A program made the translations under genes and the position numbers. A DNA stretch of 64,000 nt from Sphagnum compactum. Lineage: Eukaryota. The stretch covers positions 6,996,213 to 7,060,212 of the forward strand of contig OZ234493.1 in assembly GCA_965153455.1 (NCBI GenBank), given 5' to 3'. Under the pieces are notes generated by a model. That model was given only the letters and a program-made list of their open reading frames with translations, ran no database searches and was not told the origin of the DNA. Position 1 is the first letter of the stretch; each line of letters starts with the position of its first letter. Shown piece after piece: positions 23,181 through 35,027 of the stretch.

Positions 23181-26100
23181 GGTTCCCATTTTGTGAAATA
23201 TTTGAAAACTTGAACTAATTTTTGTAATATTTTGAAATGTTTGGCAACATCTTTCATATGAAACTTTTGTTGTGTGTAGTTGACTTGATTATGGTTCAAT
23301 TTGCTCAAGTCTTTGAAAAGTGAGTAGAAATTCAAGAATTGTTGAAAAGCCTTTAGCAAAGTGATTTGGAAATTTTAATTTTTATGTTTTCAATGTGTCT
23401 TTGGATGCATTTGAACATGTTTGTCCCAACCCTTCAAACCTTCATAACTTTCAAAAAACACCTTTGTTTGGCAATGCAAGTTCACTATGTTATAACATTC
23501 ATTTTAGGGTTTTCTAATGATCTAAAGATCATGGAATTTGAACACATCCTCTCAAACCTCACTTTAAATAATGAAAATTCCTTGGGAATGTCAACTCCCA
23601 AAGTGAAAACACAACATCCACAAATATTGGGAATAATTTTTCTTGATTTTTAGATATTTGTCACTTTGTGTGGAAATGTGTTTTGTTGTCCTTGGCCTAC
23701 ACCATGGCCCCATTGTTTCTTATCAAATGCTTAATTTATTTTCAAGAAGGACATTTCCTGGTCATTATTAACAATTAATCATGAGCCCAACTTAAGGTTG
23801 TGACATTCTCCCCCAACTAAAAAAAACAAATGTTGGTTGAACCTAATTAATTATTATTAAAATTACCTTTACTTGTTTGTTCTTTTTCCATTGTTCAAAG
23901 AACAATGTAATGAATCTTTTTGTAAAAACTTGAAACTTTGATTTGAAATAAAGGTGTAAGTTGTTTGCCCTATCTTCAACCATATAAGGTGGATGTCAAC
24001 CCCCATTAAAATTTTATTGACATGAAAATAGACCAAATACCCATAATATGTATCATATGTTCAACAAACCAAATATAAATGGTCTTTATTTTGTTTTAGT
24101 TTTTCACCTTATATATTATTTTTTTTATCATCTACAAATAGTGCATTTAATATGGTGACAAAAAAATAACAATAGGATACAAATGAGGAATAAAAGGAAT
24201 TTTAATGATTAACAAAGCATTTGAAAACGATATGTAAATACAACAAATTTTTTGAGAAAACCCAAAAAGGATTATAAGGATAAAAATATAACTTGGGAAA
24301 CACTAATTGGAAGTTCAAACCCTAAAACTAGGATTTAGAAAAACACAAAAGAGAAAATATAGTCAACTTATATTCAAAAATCAACCATGATGAACATCAT
24401 TAATCTCCAAAAAGTTGCAATGTTTTATGTGAAAAAAATGACATATGAATTGTGTAGGTTAAGAAATATAATTTTTCATTTACAAGTTGAAGTTTGCCCC
24501 CAAAAAAAATCCTTGGGCATTTTGACCCTTAGTTTTTTAAAAGAACATTTTGTAACTTCTTTCCATTTAGTTTTAGGTTTGGATGTTACTAAATAACAAG
24601 AAAAACATTAAGATGTTGGGAATGCCAAAATTTTGGATTGGAATTGCACGCATTGCATGAGAAGGCAAAAAATATCTCTCCACTTGCATTGGGAATGATG
24701 ATAGAATAACAATGTGAACATCAAAATGAATGATGAAATGATATAAAAGATGACAATTGTAATGTTAGGAAAAGCATTGTCCATTGATCATACCCCACCC
24801 CCCCCAAAGTTTAGCCATCCTACACCTTGATTATAGTCATCATCACATTTCCTATGGTTGCATATATGACCTTTGCCCACCCATCATTTTATCCCATTGT
24901 TTGGTTATTCCATCACCTTGCTTGTCATCCTCAAAGCTATTCTCACCATCACCCATTCCATTTTCCCCCATAATTCTCACCTTATCTATCATCTTGCCAT
25001 CATCCTTGTCATGTTGATATTTCCTCAATGTTTTCCCAATTGTGTCACATGAATTAGATTAGGATACTTGAAGTAGATGATTTTTTGATTCAACACATCT
25101 TGTCAAGATTCATCTTGGGATGTCCTGGTGGTAACCACATAGTATTCCATTAGTTTTATGCTTTCCTTAAGGTTATGTGTGCGATTGTTCATTTAGTTTT
25201 CACCTCCCCCGGGGTACCCGTTTGTTGCACATAAGAAAAAGGGCTTCTAATAAATTATTTGGAGCATAATTTGTATCCTTTATGTTTTAGGTCAAATCAC
25301 GGAAGGTAAAATATTTGCTCAAGAGACATACATAGTAGACTACTGAAAAAATCAATAGATTCACAAAATTTGAAACAAATGCATAGAGTAAAGCCAATTT
25401 CAACCAAAGTAGTTCTCACTTGAGAAGGTTGATCGGAACAAGCTCAGGTTGAACCATCTAGATAAGAATGGTCATAGGATTTAGGTTTTAGGTAACCATG
25501 GGTAATCAAGCAAATGCTCAAGGAGATTCTAGACATCCAACTAGCCACTCACAAAAGCAAGTGCATACCTGAATTTAGATGTAGAACTTTGGTTCTCATC
25601 CCAATCTACCAGTCCCAATCTCCTACAACCCCAACCCCACCATTGGCATAGTATACAAAGCTTGATTTAGATTGTAGAGCATCTATTTTGGAATGTGCAA
25701 AGCTATCTATGTAGATTGTGTGATGTTGTTATTGGGGGCTACATCTCAAGTTGTTGGGTAGGGACAATTTGGAAGCAAAACTTAAACCTTCAAATTGCTT
25801 TGGACTTGATTTTTTTTAAAAACCTTCATGAAAAAAGAAAAAAAAAAGAAAAAATCCATTTCATAACTATGTGCTAGATGCTAGAGGGGCTTTTTAAGTC
25901 ATTTTTTGGTTTGTTTTTGATAAAGTGATGGGGGGTATGTGTGAATAGGTGCAAGATTAAATGCCTTGTGTCTAGTTGAATGCTTGGGCAACTAGCTAAG
26001 CTTCTTAGTTAGTTATGATGAAAACTTGCATATCCTTCCAAATGTGAGTGCATGGAGGCAGAGTATTCTCCTAGGGTTGTTGACTAGGGTTACACCCGTG

Positions 26101-27169
26101 TTGGCGGTTGTTTGAAACCGCAACAGAACCCCCAACGATTATCAAGGTGATTCTTATTAAGATTTCATAACCGGGGAATTATTTTTAAAAAAGCCCAAAA
26201 TACCTTATTAAATCTTTATTCATATTATTATTAATAACCGGGAAATTATTAAATTTATTTTAATAATTTAAAATTAAATTAGCGGTGTGGTGCCTCATTG
26301 CTCGGACTCAAAGCACTCAAACAAATTTTAGGGTGCGTGACATTCCCAAAAATGGGGATCGGAATAGACTAGACTAGGCTACCACCACTTCTTAGGCTCC
26401 TTATTTGGGAAACCCCCCGATCCATGGGGCCTTGCCTGCCCTACACATTTCTCTTGCTTTTTTGCCTTTCCCACTTGAGTGTTGGGCAGGATAGGTTTTT
26501 AAATTCGAAACAAAAATTTGCCAATGCTTTTATGTGGGGTAACATCCTCGAGTTGGGGGGGGGGGCGGGGGGGTAGTATTCCGAAAAGATGCACCCCTCG
26601 GCTCCACCTCGGGTGGGTCGTTACGCACTCACCGTAAAGCCAAGCCCACAGCCTTAGGCTTTATTTACCTTCCACAAAAAAGATGGTCACTTTTGGGTTA
26701 TGAGTGCCCTAGGGTTCTGAAGAGGAGCCGATGATGATAAGATTCTCATATTCAGGTTTTCTTTCACCCAAGTGAAGGAGCGAGTGAGAGGGGGAGCCCC
26801 GTCCATGGGGCCATCCGATGAGTTGGGGATAAGCTAATGGGCTGGCAGATGAACAGAAATGCAAGGATTTCAGGGGATTCAAGTGCAGCCAGAGAGCTGA
26901 GAGAAGACCTGTTCAAACCAAGTAGGAAAAAATTAAAAAAGAAGAAGAAAAAAATCATCAAATTATTTTTCAAGTCATACCTATCAAGAAGAGAAGCTCG
27001 TCCTCTCCATCATTTCCTCCTATCCTCACTTCTCAGCAGCATTTTGGGGATGTTGTTGATCATTGTCTGTCAAATAAGCAGGTTGCAAATTGCAATGGGT
27101 GGCTGGGCCTGGTCAGGCAGCCCAATCGAAGAAGACATGAGCATATTGGGTCAGCACGTGTGACATGGT

Positions 27170-27201
<32 letters not shown>

Positions 27202-28435
27202 AAAGGCGAACAAATTGTTTGTCACAACAAGTGCATGCAGACAGACTGTGAAAGTGGTGTGCACTGATTTTGTTCATGATGTGTTGTTATTTATTCTTCA
27301 TGAAAACTTTCTTTTCTCTTGGCTACAGCAAAAACATGGATGGGCACATTCATTCTATGGGTTCGATTTCACTAAATTGTCATTCGAATGCAAACTACCC
27401 TAGATAGTTTCTTCCTTCCTGCCACAATCGACTTCCAGCATCTCCACCAATGTTCAGTATGTGACCCTGCACTGGAAATCTTAGATGAGGTTCATCACTC
27501 AAATCCTCGAAGAAATGTGCACCTTTCAGAGCCCTGGAAGAGCCCTGGAACAGTCTGTAATAAACATAGTGAAATCGTAATATATTGACTGCTTGCTCCC
27601 TGTTATTTCTGATTGGCTAGATAGTTTGGTTGGTCCAAGTGGGTTGCTATTAGTAGTCTCGCACCTACCTACTTGCAGTCCTAATTTCAGTTTTTATGGG
27701 TGGGGTTGGAAAAAAGTTTGCAACGAAAACAACTTGGATGTGAGAAATTTTGTTGCAGGGGCACATACTGAGTGTTTGTGGAGGTGCTCAGGAAGTGACC
27801 AAGCAAAAAATATTTTTCACATCCAAATTTAGTTGTTTATATTTTTCCAACCTCACACATAAAACTAAGGACTGCAAATAGGTGAGAGAGACTATCAATA
27901 GTTAGTTACCCACCTGGACCGATCAAACTATGTAGCCAAGGTGTTAGTTAGCCTTTGCTGTGCCTTTTACCACCCCCACCAAACTGTACAAAAATGCTGG
28001 GCTAAAACCATTTTGCTGAGCCAAACCGATATGTTTTGACTTTTCTTCATCCAATTATAAATGTGGAGGAGGAGGAGGCATTGCCCTGCCCAAATTTTGA
28101 GGCCAATATCAATGTCAACTGTTTATCTATGCCACTTGGGTGGTGATAAGTACATATATGTAAGTGTTCGGCAGATTTGGCAACTCTTGGAGGAGGCCAG
28201 GTCAAATGGCAGTGGGCACTTGCTTCTCTGGTTTGTCACGTCCCAATTGACTGGTGGTGGTGGATAGGACATGTGTGGGTTGTTCATACTACCTGTCAGT
28301 CTTTTCAACTTACTATCTTCATACATGCAAGCAACAAGTGCTGGCAATTCCTCTCATATGAACATAGAAATTTGTAGCATAATTTTTTTTCCCTGTTGCC
28401 ATGTCTGTATGTCAGAGGGTGCGTAGAATATACAT

Positions 28436-28469
<34 letters not shown>

Positions 28470-28476
28470 CTATCTA

Positions 28477-28765
28477 TCTATGAAGGAAGGTAGTTTGTTT
28501 TGTTTTGAAGTTATGAGATCCACCGAACCAGGATGCTTCTTCAGATCATGTTCCTGGCGTCTTTGGAAAGCTCTTGACGAGGAGGAGGGGTGCATGGGCT
28601 TCTTCGTTCCATGACGTTTGGACTTTTGAAATGCAAAAGTTCTTGAATATTGAATGATTTTTGCCCCGCTGAAAATTCAAATAAATTCCAAAAAACCCAA
28701 GTTTTGGAAGGAAAAATCAGTTGAGGACGTGGTAACACTTGGGCCAACGGCGCAGGCCACACTAG
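28477..28765 (+). mobile_element. Short non-autonomous Helitron (289 bp)
   Basis: 5' A|TCTATGAAGGAAGG; 3' GC-rich imperfect palindrome GGCCAACGGCGCAGGCC followed by ACACTAG|T (CTAG at 28762-28765); AT insertion site and no TSD. Confidence 0.7.
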
Positions 28766-28823
28766 TTTATATATTATAATAACATATTTGTTATATACTA
28801 TGTTATATATTATCTACATGTAT

Positions 28824-28867
<44 letters not shown>

Positions 28868-29313
28868 TTTGTGCTACTGATGGGGGGGGCTCCACTGGCA
28901 CCCATAATATCTCCTGCCACTGGAAAGTGTGTACCCCATATCCACCTCACAAGGCACTTCACTTCACTACTTTTTTTCATGTGTAAAATTAGTTCATTTG
29001 GGGGGGGGACCTGTGCATATCTGTCCCACAAAGAAGCATCATCCCATCATATATATATATGTATGTTTCCAGAAACAATGTAAGCAAACCCAAAACACAA
29101 TATGATATATTTATTAAGTCACTAGGGCTTAATTTCAGTACTTTACTGATGTCATGATACTTCTTCAGTGCTTGTTGTGATCCTTGAGTATTATTTTCCC
29201 TACTTACCCACTACTGATCCTATCTCTCTATCTCACTGCACAGTTCATTTAAGCACACAGTTTAATTATCATTTGCTGATCTTTGCTGTTGCATCATCAC
29301 CTTTCAGCATCTA

Positions 29314-29547
29314 CTATTTTGAACCCCGTGCCTAATGCACAGGTGTGTTATTTCAACAATGTTTGGTTCATGTTTTAGTTTTTTTAAAAACTTTTATCTT
29401 TTTTATTTTTATGTGATTTCTGTTTTTTATTATTATTTTGTATAATAAAAATAAAGTGTTTCTTTTTCACTTTTGTATTTTTGTTTATTTGGATGCAAGT
29501 TTGAAGTTTGGAGAAAGAAGACACACCTCATTCTTTTTCAAGTAGGA
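29314..29547 (-). mobile_element. Short non-autonomous Helitron-like element flanked by a 43-bp direct repeat
   Basis: Minus strand: A|TCCTACTTGAAAAAG ... hairpin CCTGTGCATTAGGCACGGG ... AAAATAG|T. Identical flanks at 29271-29313 and 29547-29589. Confidence 0.55.
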
Positions 29548-30271
29548 TTTGCTGATCTTTGCTGTTGCATCATCACCTTTCAGCATCTATGTTTCCCTCC
29601 CAAATCTACATAGCTGACTGATACTCTTGCATGGTGGCCGTGCAAGCAGAGTGCCTGGCCCTTAGTGCTCATAGCAGCAGCTCCACCCATACTCGGCATT
29701 TGGCCCTTTCTTGCAAGAAGAGTATTTCTCACATCCAAGATTACTTATTCATTGTTTCTCAAGCCTCACCCATAAACATGAAACTGGGACTATAAAAGAT
29801 CAGAACTTACTAATAGCAAACCACCTGGATCAATCAATATATCAGGGTAATTACGAACAAGTGTTAGAATGTGAAATGACTTTTTGCCAAAGCTTGACAA
29901 ATTGAGCAAAATTGCTGAGCCAAAGTCATTTTTATTGAACTTTGGTGGGCAACGCTTTACTAATCTTTATCCAAAACATAAAGGGACTTCACTACCTTGT
30001 AAAAATCTCCATGATTTTTGCTAGTGTAATTGAAGGCACCTTATATTTGATGAAATTTGCAAGCAAGAATTTTGAAACGGGAAACACCCACACACATGTA
30101 CATTGTGGGTGCTTTGCTTTTCAAAATACCCATGTTAAATTTTTTTCTTTGAATTTTTTTTACCACGATGCCAGCTAATTACCCAGCTGGTACCCACTGG
30201 GTATCACTGTAATTTTTTTTAATTAAAAAAAAAGTAACAATTGTTGATTTTTATCAGGTCCTGTATGTACG

Positions 30272-30650
30272 TTGAGACAAATGATTTTACTCAAAATTCA
30301 ATAAGTGAATTAATTGCATCCCCACTAAGTCTCATTCATTCAGACAAAATGTTTTTTCTCAAAATTCAACCAATGAATTTATTGAATCCTCACTACATCT
30401 TGTTCGCTAAGACAAACGATTTTACTCAAAATTCAATCAATGAATATATTGAATCCCCACTAGGTCTTGTTCATTAAGACAAACAATTTTTACTCAAAAT
30501 TCAATCAATGAATTTATTGAATCCCCACTAAGTCTTGTTCACTAAGACAAACGATTTTACTCAAAATTCAATTAATGAATAAATATATTTTGAATCCCCA
30601 CTAGGTCTTGTTCATTGAGACAAATGATTTTACTCAAGATTTAGTGAAAA
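30272..30650 (+). repeat. Tandem repeat of a 67-68-bp unit, about 5.5 copies
   Basis: AGACAAA anchors at about 30275, 30341, 30410, 30477, 30545 and 30618. Unit AGACAAACGATTTTACTCAAAATTCAATCAATGAATTTATTGAATCCCCACTAAGTCTTGTTCATTA. Confidence 0.9.
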
Positions 30651-31611
30651 ACACTTGGTGAATAAAGGACACATTTTTCTACTTTATTAGTCAAACTAAG
30701 TCTCTATCCCAAACAGTTTGTGACAAATTAATATGAGAAATTTATTTAGCCATATTTTGAGTGTACTAGTTACCCACACATCGTGAGTGGTTTGCATTAG
30801 CTTATTCTATGACGGGTTACCATTAGTGCACATCCTCCGTTTTCAACATAAAATAATTCCAAAATGGAGTTGGAATACTTTGGAACAAATTCATATATAT
30901 ATATATATATATTTGTGGCTATGGTTAAAGTTCAATGGGTATAGCCACAAATATAGCCACAAATATTAAGACACAAATAGGCACAAGATTTATGAATCTA
31001 TGCTATGTAGCTCATCTATACCTTGCAAATGAGCCTAAGCAAAATGAAGGTTCTAATTTCTAAACATGTTAACTACCGTGATAACCTAGCACTAAAATAA
31101 TTACCTTATGAGTAAACAAATTTCAGTACATTTGAGAAATTATTAAGGTGTACTTAATTAATAAGTAAAAAATACACTTTAATATTTTTTTCTTAATGAT
31201 TATGCAATTTATTGAATATTTTGCATTACATCGTCCAAGCGGCTAAATGACTACAATATATTCTACAAGAAGTTTTTGTCAAAACTTATTAATTTTTTGA
31301 TGTTGTTCAAGTGATGATCATCCATAAGAGTATTTAGCTAAAATATTCAATATTTAAAATATGAAAGTAGAAATCTTTTAAAGCATCCTTTCATGTTGTA
31401 GGCAGTTTATGGAAAAATTTTAGAATTTTTTAAGAATACTTTTGGCTTTTTTTCTTTCTTTCTAAAATACAGAATTTTTTCAACCCTAAACCCTCAATAC
31501 ATTGCACTCCTCCCGGAGGTTGTTATGTTGGATAGATGGGCCCATTTAGCCCGAGAGACATATGAGTGAAAAAGCCGGGTGAGAAAACTACACAAAGTAT
31601 ATACTATTCGG

Positions 31612-32190
31612 AACCATGAAACCAAATATCCTTTAAGAACTGAATTTTGAGTTATATTGAATTTTCAATGACAAAAAATCACTCAAAATTCAATATGGAA
31701 AACCATAAAATCAAATATCCTTTAAGAATTGAATTTTTGATGACAAAAAGTCACTCAAAATACAATATGGGAAAACCATAAAATCGAAAGAATTGAATGT
31801 TGAGTTATATTGAATTTTCAATGATAAAAAAATCACTCAAAATTCAATATGGGAAAACCCTAAAATCAAATATCCTTTAAGAATTGAATTTTGAGTTATA
31901 TTGAATTTTCAATGACAAAAAATCACTCAAATTTCAATATGGGAAAACCCTAAAATCAAATATCCTTTAAGAATTGAATTTTGAGTTATATTGAATTTTC
32001 AATGACAAAAAATCACTCAAAATCCAATATGGGAAAACCATAATATCAAATATCCTTTAAGAATTGAATTTTGAGTTATCTTGAATTTTCAATGACAAAA
32101 ATCACTCAAAATTCAAATTATTTCCCATAAAAACTGAATTTTGAGTTATATTGAAATTTCAATGACAAATTTCATTCAAAATTCAATGTG
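31612..32190 (+). repeat. 90-bp tandem repeat (about 6 copies) with an internal 14-bp inverted repeat
   Basis: TAAAATCAAATATCCTTTAAGAATTG at 31861 and 31951, and with one mismatch at 32041. ATTGAATTTTGAGT and ACTCAAAATTCAAT occur within the units. Confidence 0.9.
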
Positions 32191-33998
32191 AAATTGAAAT
32201 TTGAAAAAATGTGAAACTATTTTTTTTGAAAATATGAAAAGTCATTTTTAGGTTTTTCAATTGTGAAAATTTAATAAAAAATTTCAGATTTCTATATTTG
32301 GTAGGTAGCCAAAATAGAAGGATGTTTAAATTGTCTAAAACCAAATTTGGCTTAATCTTCGTAAGGATGATGGCCACTTTGGCTACATAAACAAATTCAC
32401 AATAAAATAAAATAAAATAAAAAACACCAATCTCAATCAATAAGGGGTTTTTTTCCCCCTAAATTCCACAATATAAAAAATTTCCAAAAAATCCAAAAAT
32501 TAAGTGAAATGATTCAATTACACAAGAAAAAGAAAACCTTCCCAATTTTTTTTGTTGAAAGGAGAAATGACAAAATTTGTCCCAAAAAAAACTATAGACC
32601 TAATTCTCAATGTGAGAAAATCAAACAAATTACCTTCTTAAAACAAGTGGTCTTTATTTCAAACATAGAACTTGGGCTCCACATTGCTATACACTACTAC
32701 TAGTGATATTCAATTAATGAAAAAAATGAATTGATTTTGTGAAAATTAAGTGAACCATTGAATGAAAATATTGAATGTCATTTCAATATAAAATTTGAAT
32801 TTAGATTTAATTCAATGGAATTCAAATGCTCAAATGTAATTCAAATATGTTGAATTCAATTTGAATTTCATTAATTTGAATTCAATTTTGATTGAAGAGT
32901 AATGGGTTACAAATTGGTGCAAAAAAATATTGAAAATTTATTCATCATTATGGCATTACTCTTAAAAAAAAAACACACAAATTCCAAAAAATACCTTTCC
33001 ATTCCTCTTAACTTACTTGAGAATCAAGTACAAAAAATTTACTTTGGAACCATCCCAAAAATTGACTTATGAAACTTAAAATTATCGTACTTAAACTTAA
33101 CTAGTTGCCCCAGGCTTTACCCTACACCTTCCTTCTTAATAGGTACCTACTACCTACCTAGTCTAAAATAGAATTAATTTTATTTATTATTATTATTACT
33201 TAAATTCAATATTTAAAGCCTAGCCTACCAACAAGGTTCAAATCCTTATTTTTTTAGCCTCTCTCTCTTGGTCCATTTTGTGATATAGCCAAAGTGGTTG
33301 ATCATCAATAGGAAGATTTAGCCAAATTTGGCTACAAGCTCAATATGAAAGCAAAACTTTTTTGTTACATACTTGAACCATGTATAGAAATCTGGCGTTT
33401 TTGCTCAAAATTTTGGTAGAATTGGCTATTGAAAAATCTCATTTGAAAACCACTTGGTTTTTGCATGTTTATTTTATTTTATTATTTATTATTTTATTCA
33501 TTGGCACAAATGAAAAATCTTCATTGCCAAAAAAGGAAAGCAGTTTTAATCTTTTCAATTTAGCTTTTTGGCTATATATAGCCATCCAAAATATTTTGAA
33601 AAAGGCTACAAGTCTCTCTTCACTGCAGCCCCTCACTTGTTGGCCGGCAAAGCGCACAAGAAGAAGGGAGGAAGAGAAGCAGGAGAGACTTGGCAAAGGC
33701 AAAGAAGAAGCAGAAGAAGAAGAAGAGACGTAGAAGAAGAGGCAGCAGGGATACCGGGACTAAGAAAACAATCATCAGAGCAGCAAGAGTGCCACCTGTT
33801 ACCAAACGAAGAAGAATCCCACAAACCCAACAGAATATCGCAAAGATCGAGACCTCAAGAGCTTGTACAAGAATCTCACAAAAGAAAACAGAAGAGAAGG
33901 AGAAAAGAAGATCTCAGGAAGATTGAGAGCCATAGCAGACACCCGAAGAAAGGGAGAGAGTACAGAAGAGGGGATAGCATAATTAGGGGCACCCACAG

Positions 33999-34040
<42 letters not shown>

Positions 34041-34055
34041 ACAAGAACAGGGAGA

Positions 34056-35027
34056 ATGGTGGAGTTGGTGAAGGATGGGAGTACGGGTATGGAGAAGGTG
34101 GTGTTGCGGGAACCTGGTGGGGCGACAGCGCAAGTACATCTTTACGGCGGACATGTGACATCGTGGAAGAATGAGAAAGGGGAGGAGCTTCTCTTCTTGA
34201 GTAGCAAGGCAATATTCAAGCCACCCAAAGCCATCCGTGGCGGCATACCCATCTGTTTCCCCCAGTTCGGTACCTTCGGAAGTCTGGAGCAACATGGGTT
34301 TGCTAGGAACAGGTTTTGGGTGATCGACCCTAATCCTCCGCCTCCTCCTCCTGCCTTGACTGGAGGGAACAACGGGAACGGGACCAGCAGCAACAACAAC
34401 AGCAGCAGCAAGCAGCAGCCGTTTGTTGACCTAATCTTGAAGCATGGGGAAGATGAGCACAAGATTTGGCCGCATAGCTTTGAGCTTTGTTTACGTGTTG
34501 TGTTAGGTCTGGGAGGAGATCTCACCCTCATCACGCGAGTGAGAAACACCGATAGCAAGAACTTCACCTTCACATTTGCTCTGCATACGTATTTGTCAGT
34601 CTCGGATGTGAGCGAGGTGCGGATAGAGGGTTTGGAGACGCTGGACTACCTTGACAACTTGAAGGACAGAGAGAGGTTCACTGAGCAAGGGAATGCCATC
34701 ACTTTTGATGCGGAAGTGGACCGGATCTATGTGGGTACACCCACCAAGATTGCCATCATCGACCATGAGAAGAAGCGTACCTTTGTGCTGAAGAAGGAAG
34801 GCCTTCCTGATGCCGTCGTCTGGAATCCATGGGAGAAGAAGGCCAGAGCTATGGTGGATTTTGGAGATGAAGAGTATAAGCATATGTTGTGTGTGGAAGC
34901 TGCTGCTGTGGAGAAACCCATCACTTTGAAGCCAGGAGAGGAATGGCGAGGTCGGCAGGAGCTCTCTGCTGTGCCTTCAAGCTACTGCAGTGGTCAACTG
35001 GATCCTAGCAAAGTGCTGCAGGGCTGA
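34056..35027 (+). CDS. Glucose-6-phosphate 1-epimerase-like (aldose 1-epimerase / galactose mutarotase superfamily), 323 aa, single exon
   Basis: Full ORF with family motifs GGHVTSW, AIRGGIPICFPQF, HGFARN, FALHTY, EVDRIY, DAVVWNPW and MLCVEAA. Coding-like GC content. Preceded by a GA-rich, (AG)n leader. Confidence 0.95.
   Translation: MVELVKDGSTGMEKVVLREPGGATAQVHLYGGHVTSWKNEKGEELLFLSSKAIFKPPKAIRGGIPICFPQFGTFGSLEQHGFARNRFWVIDPNPPPPPPALTGGNNGNGTSSNNNSSSKQQPFVDLILKHGEDEHKIWPHSFELCLRVVLGLGGDLTLITRVRNTDSKNFTFTFALHTYLSVSDVSEVRIEGLETLDYLDNLKDRERFTEQGNAITFDAEVDRIYVGTPTKIAIIDHEKKRTFVLKKEGLPDAVVWNPWEKKARAMVDFGDEEYKHMLCVEAAAVEKPITLKPGEEWRGRQELSAVPSSYCSGQLDPSKVLQG

Noticed and set aside
26435-26573. 12-bp imperfect inverted repeat (26435-26446 / 26479-26490) and a G-run at about 26555-26573
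   Set aside because: A short stem and a homopolymer with no supporting element ends or RNA-gene features.
33380-34295. Several overlapping 60-167 aa ORFs rich in E/R/K or S/L
   Set aside because: Products of the GA-rich leader and (AG)n microsatellite upstream of the epimerase; no domain.
34142-34924. Antisense ORFs inside the epimerase CDS (and similar ones inside the SOUL and TRX exons)
   Set aside because: Shadow frames of real coding sequence.
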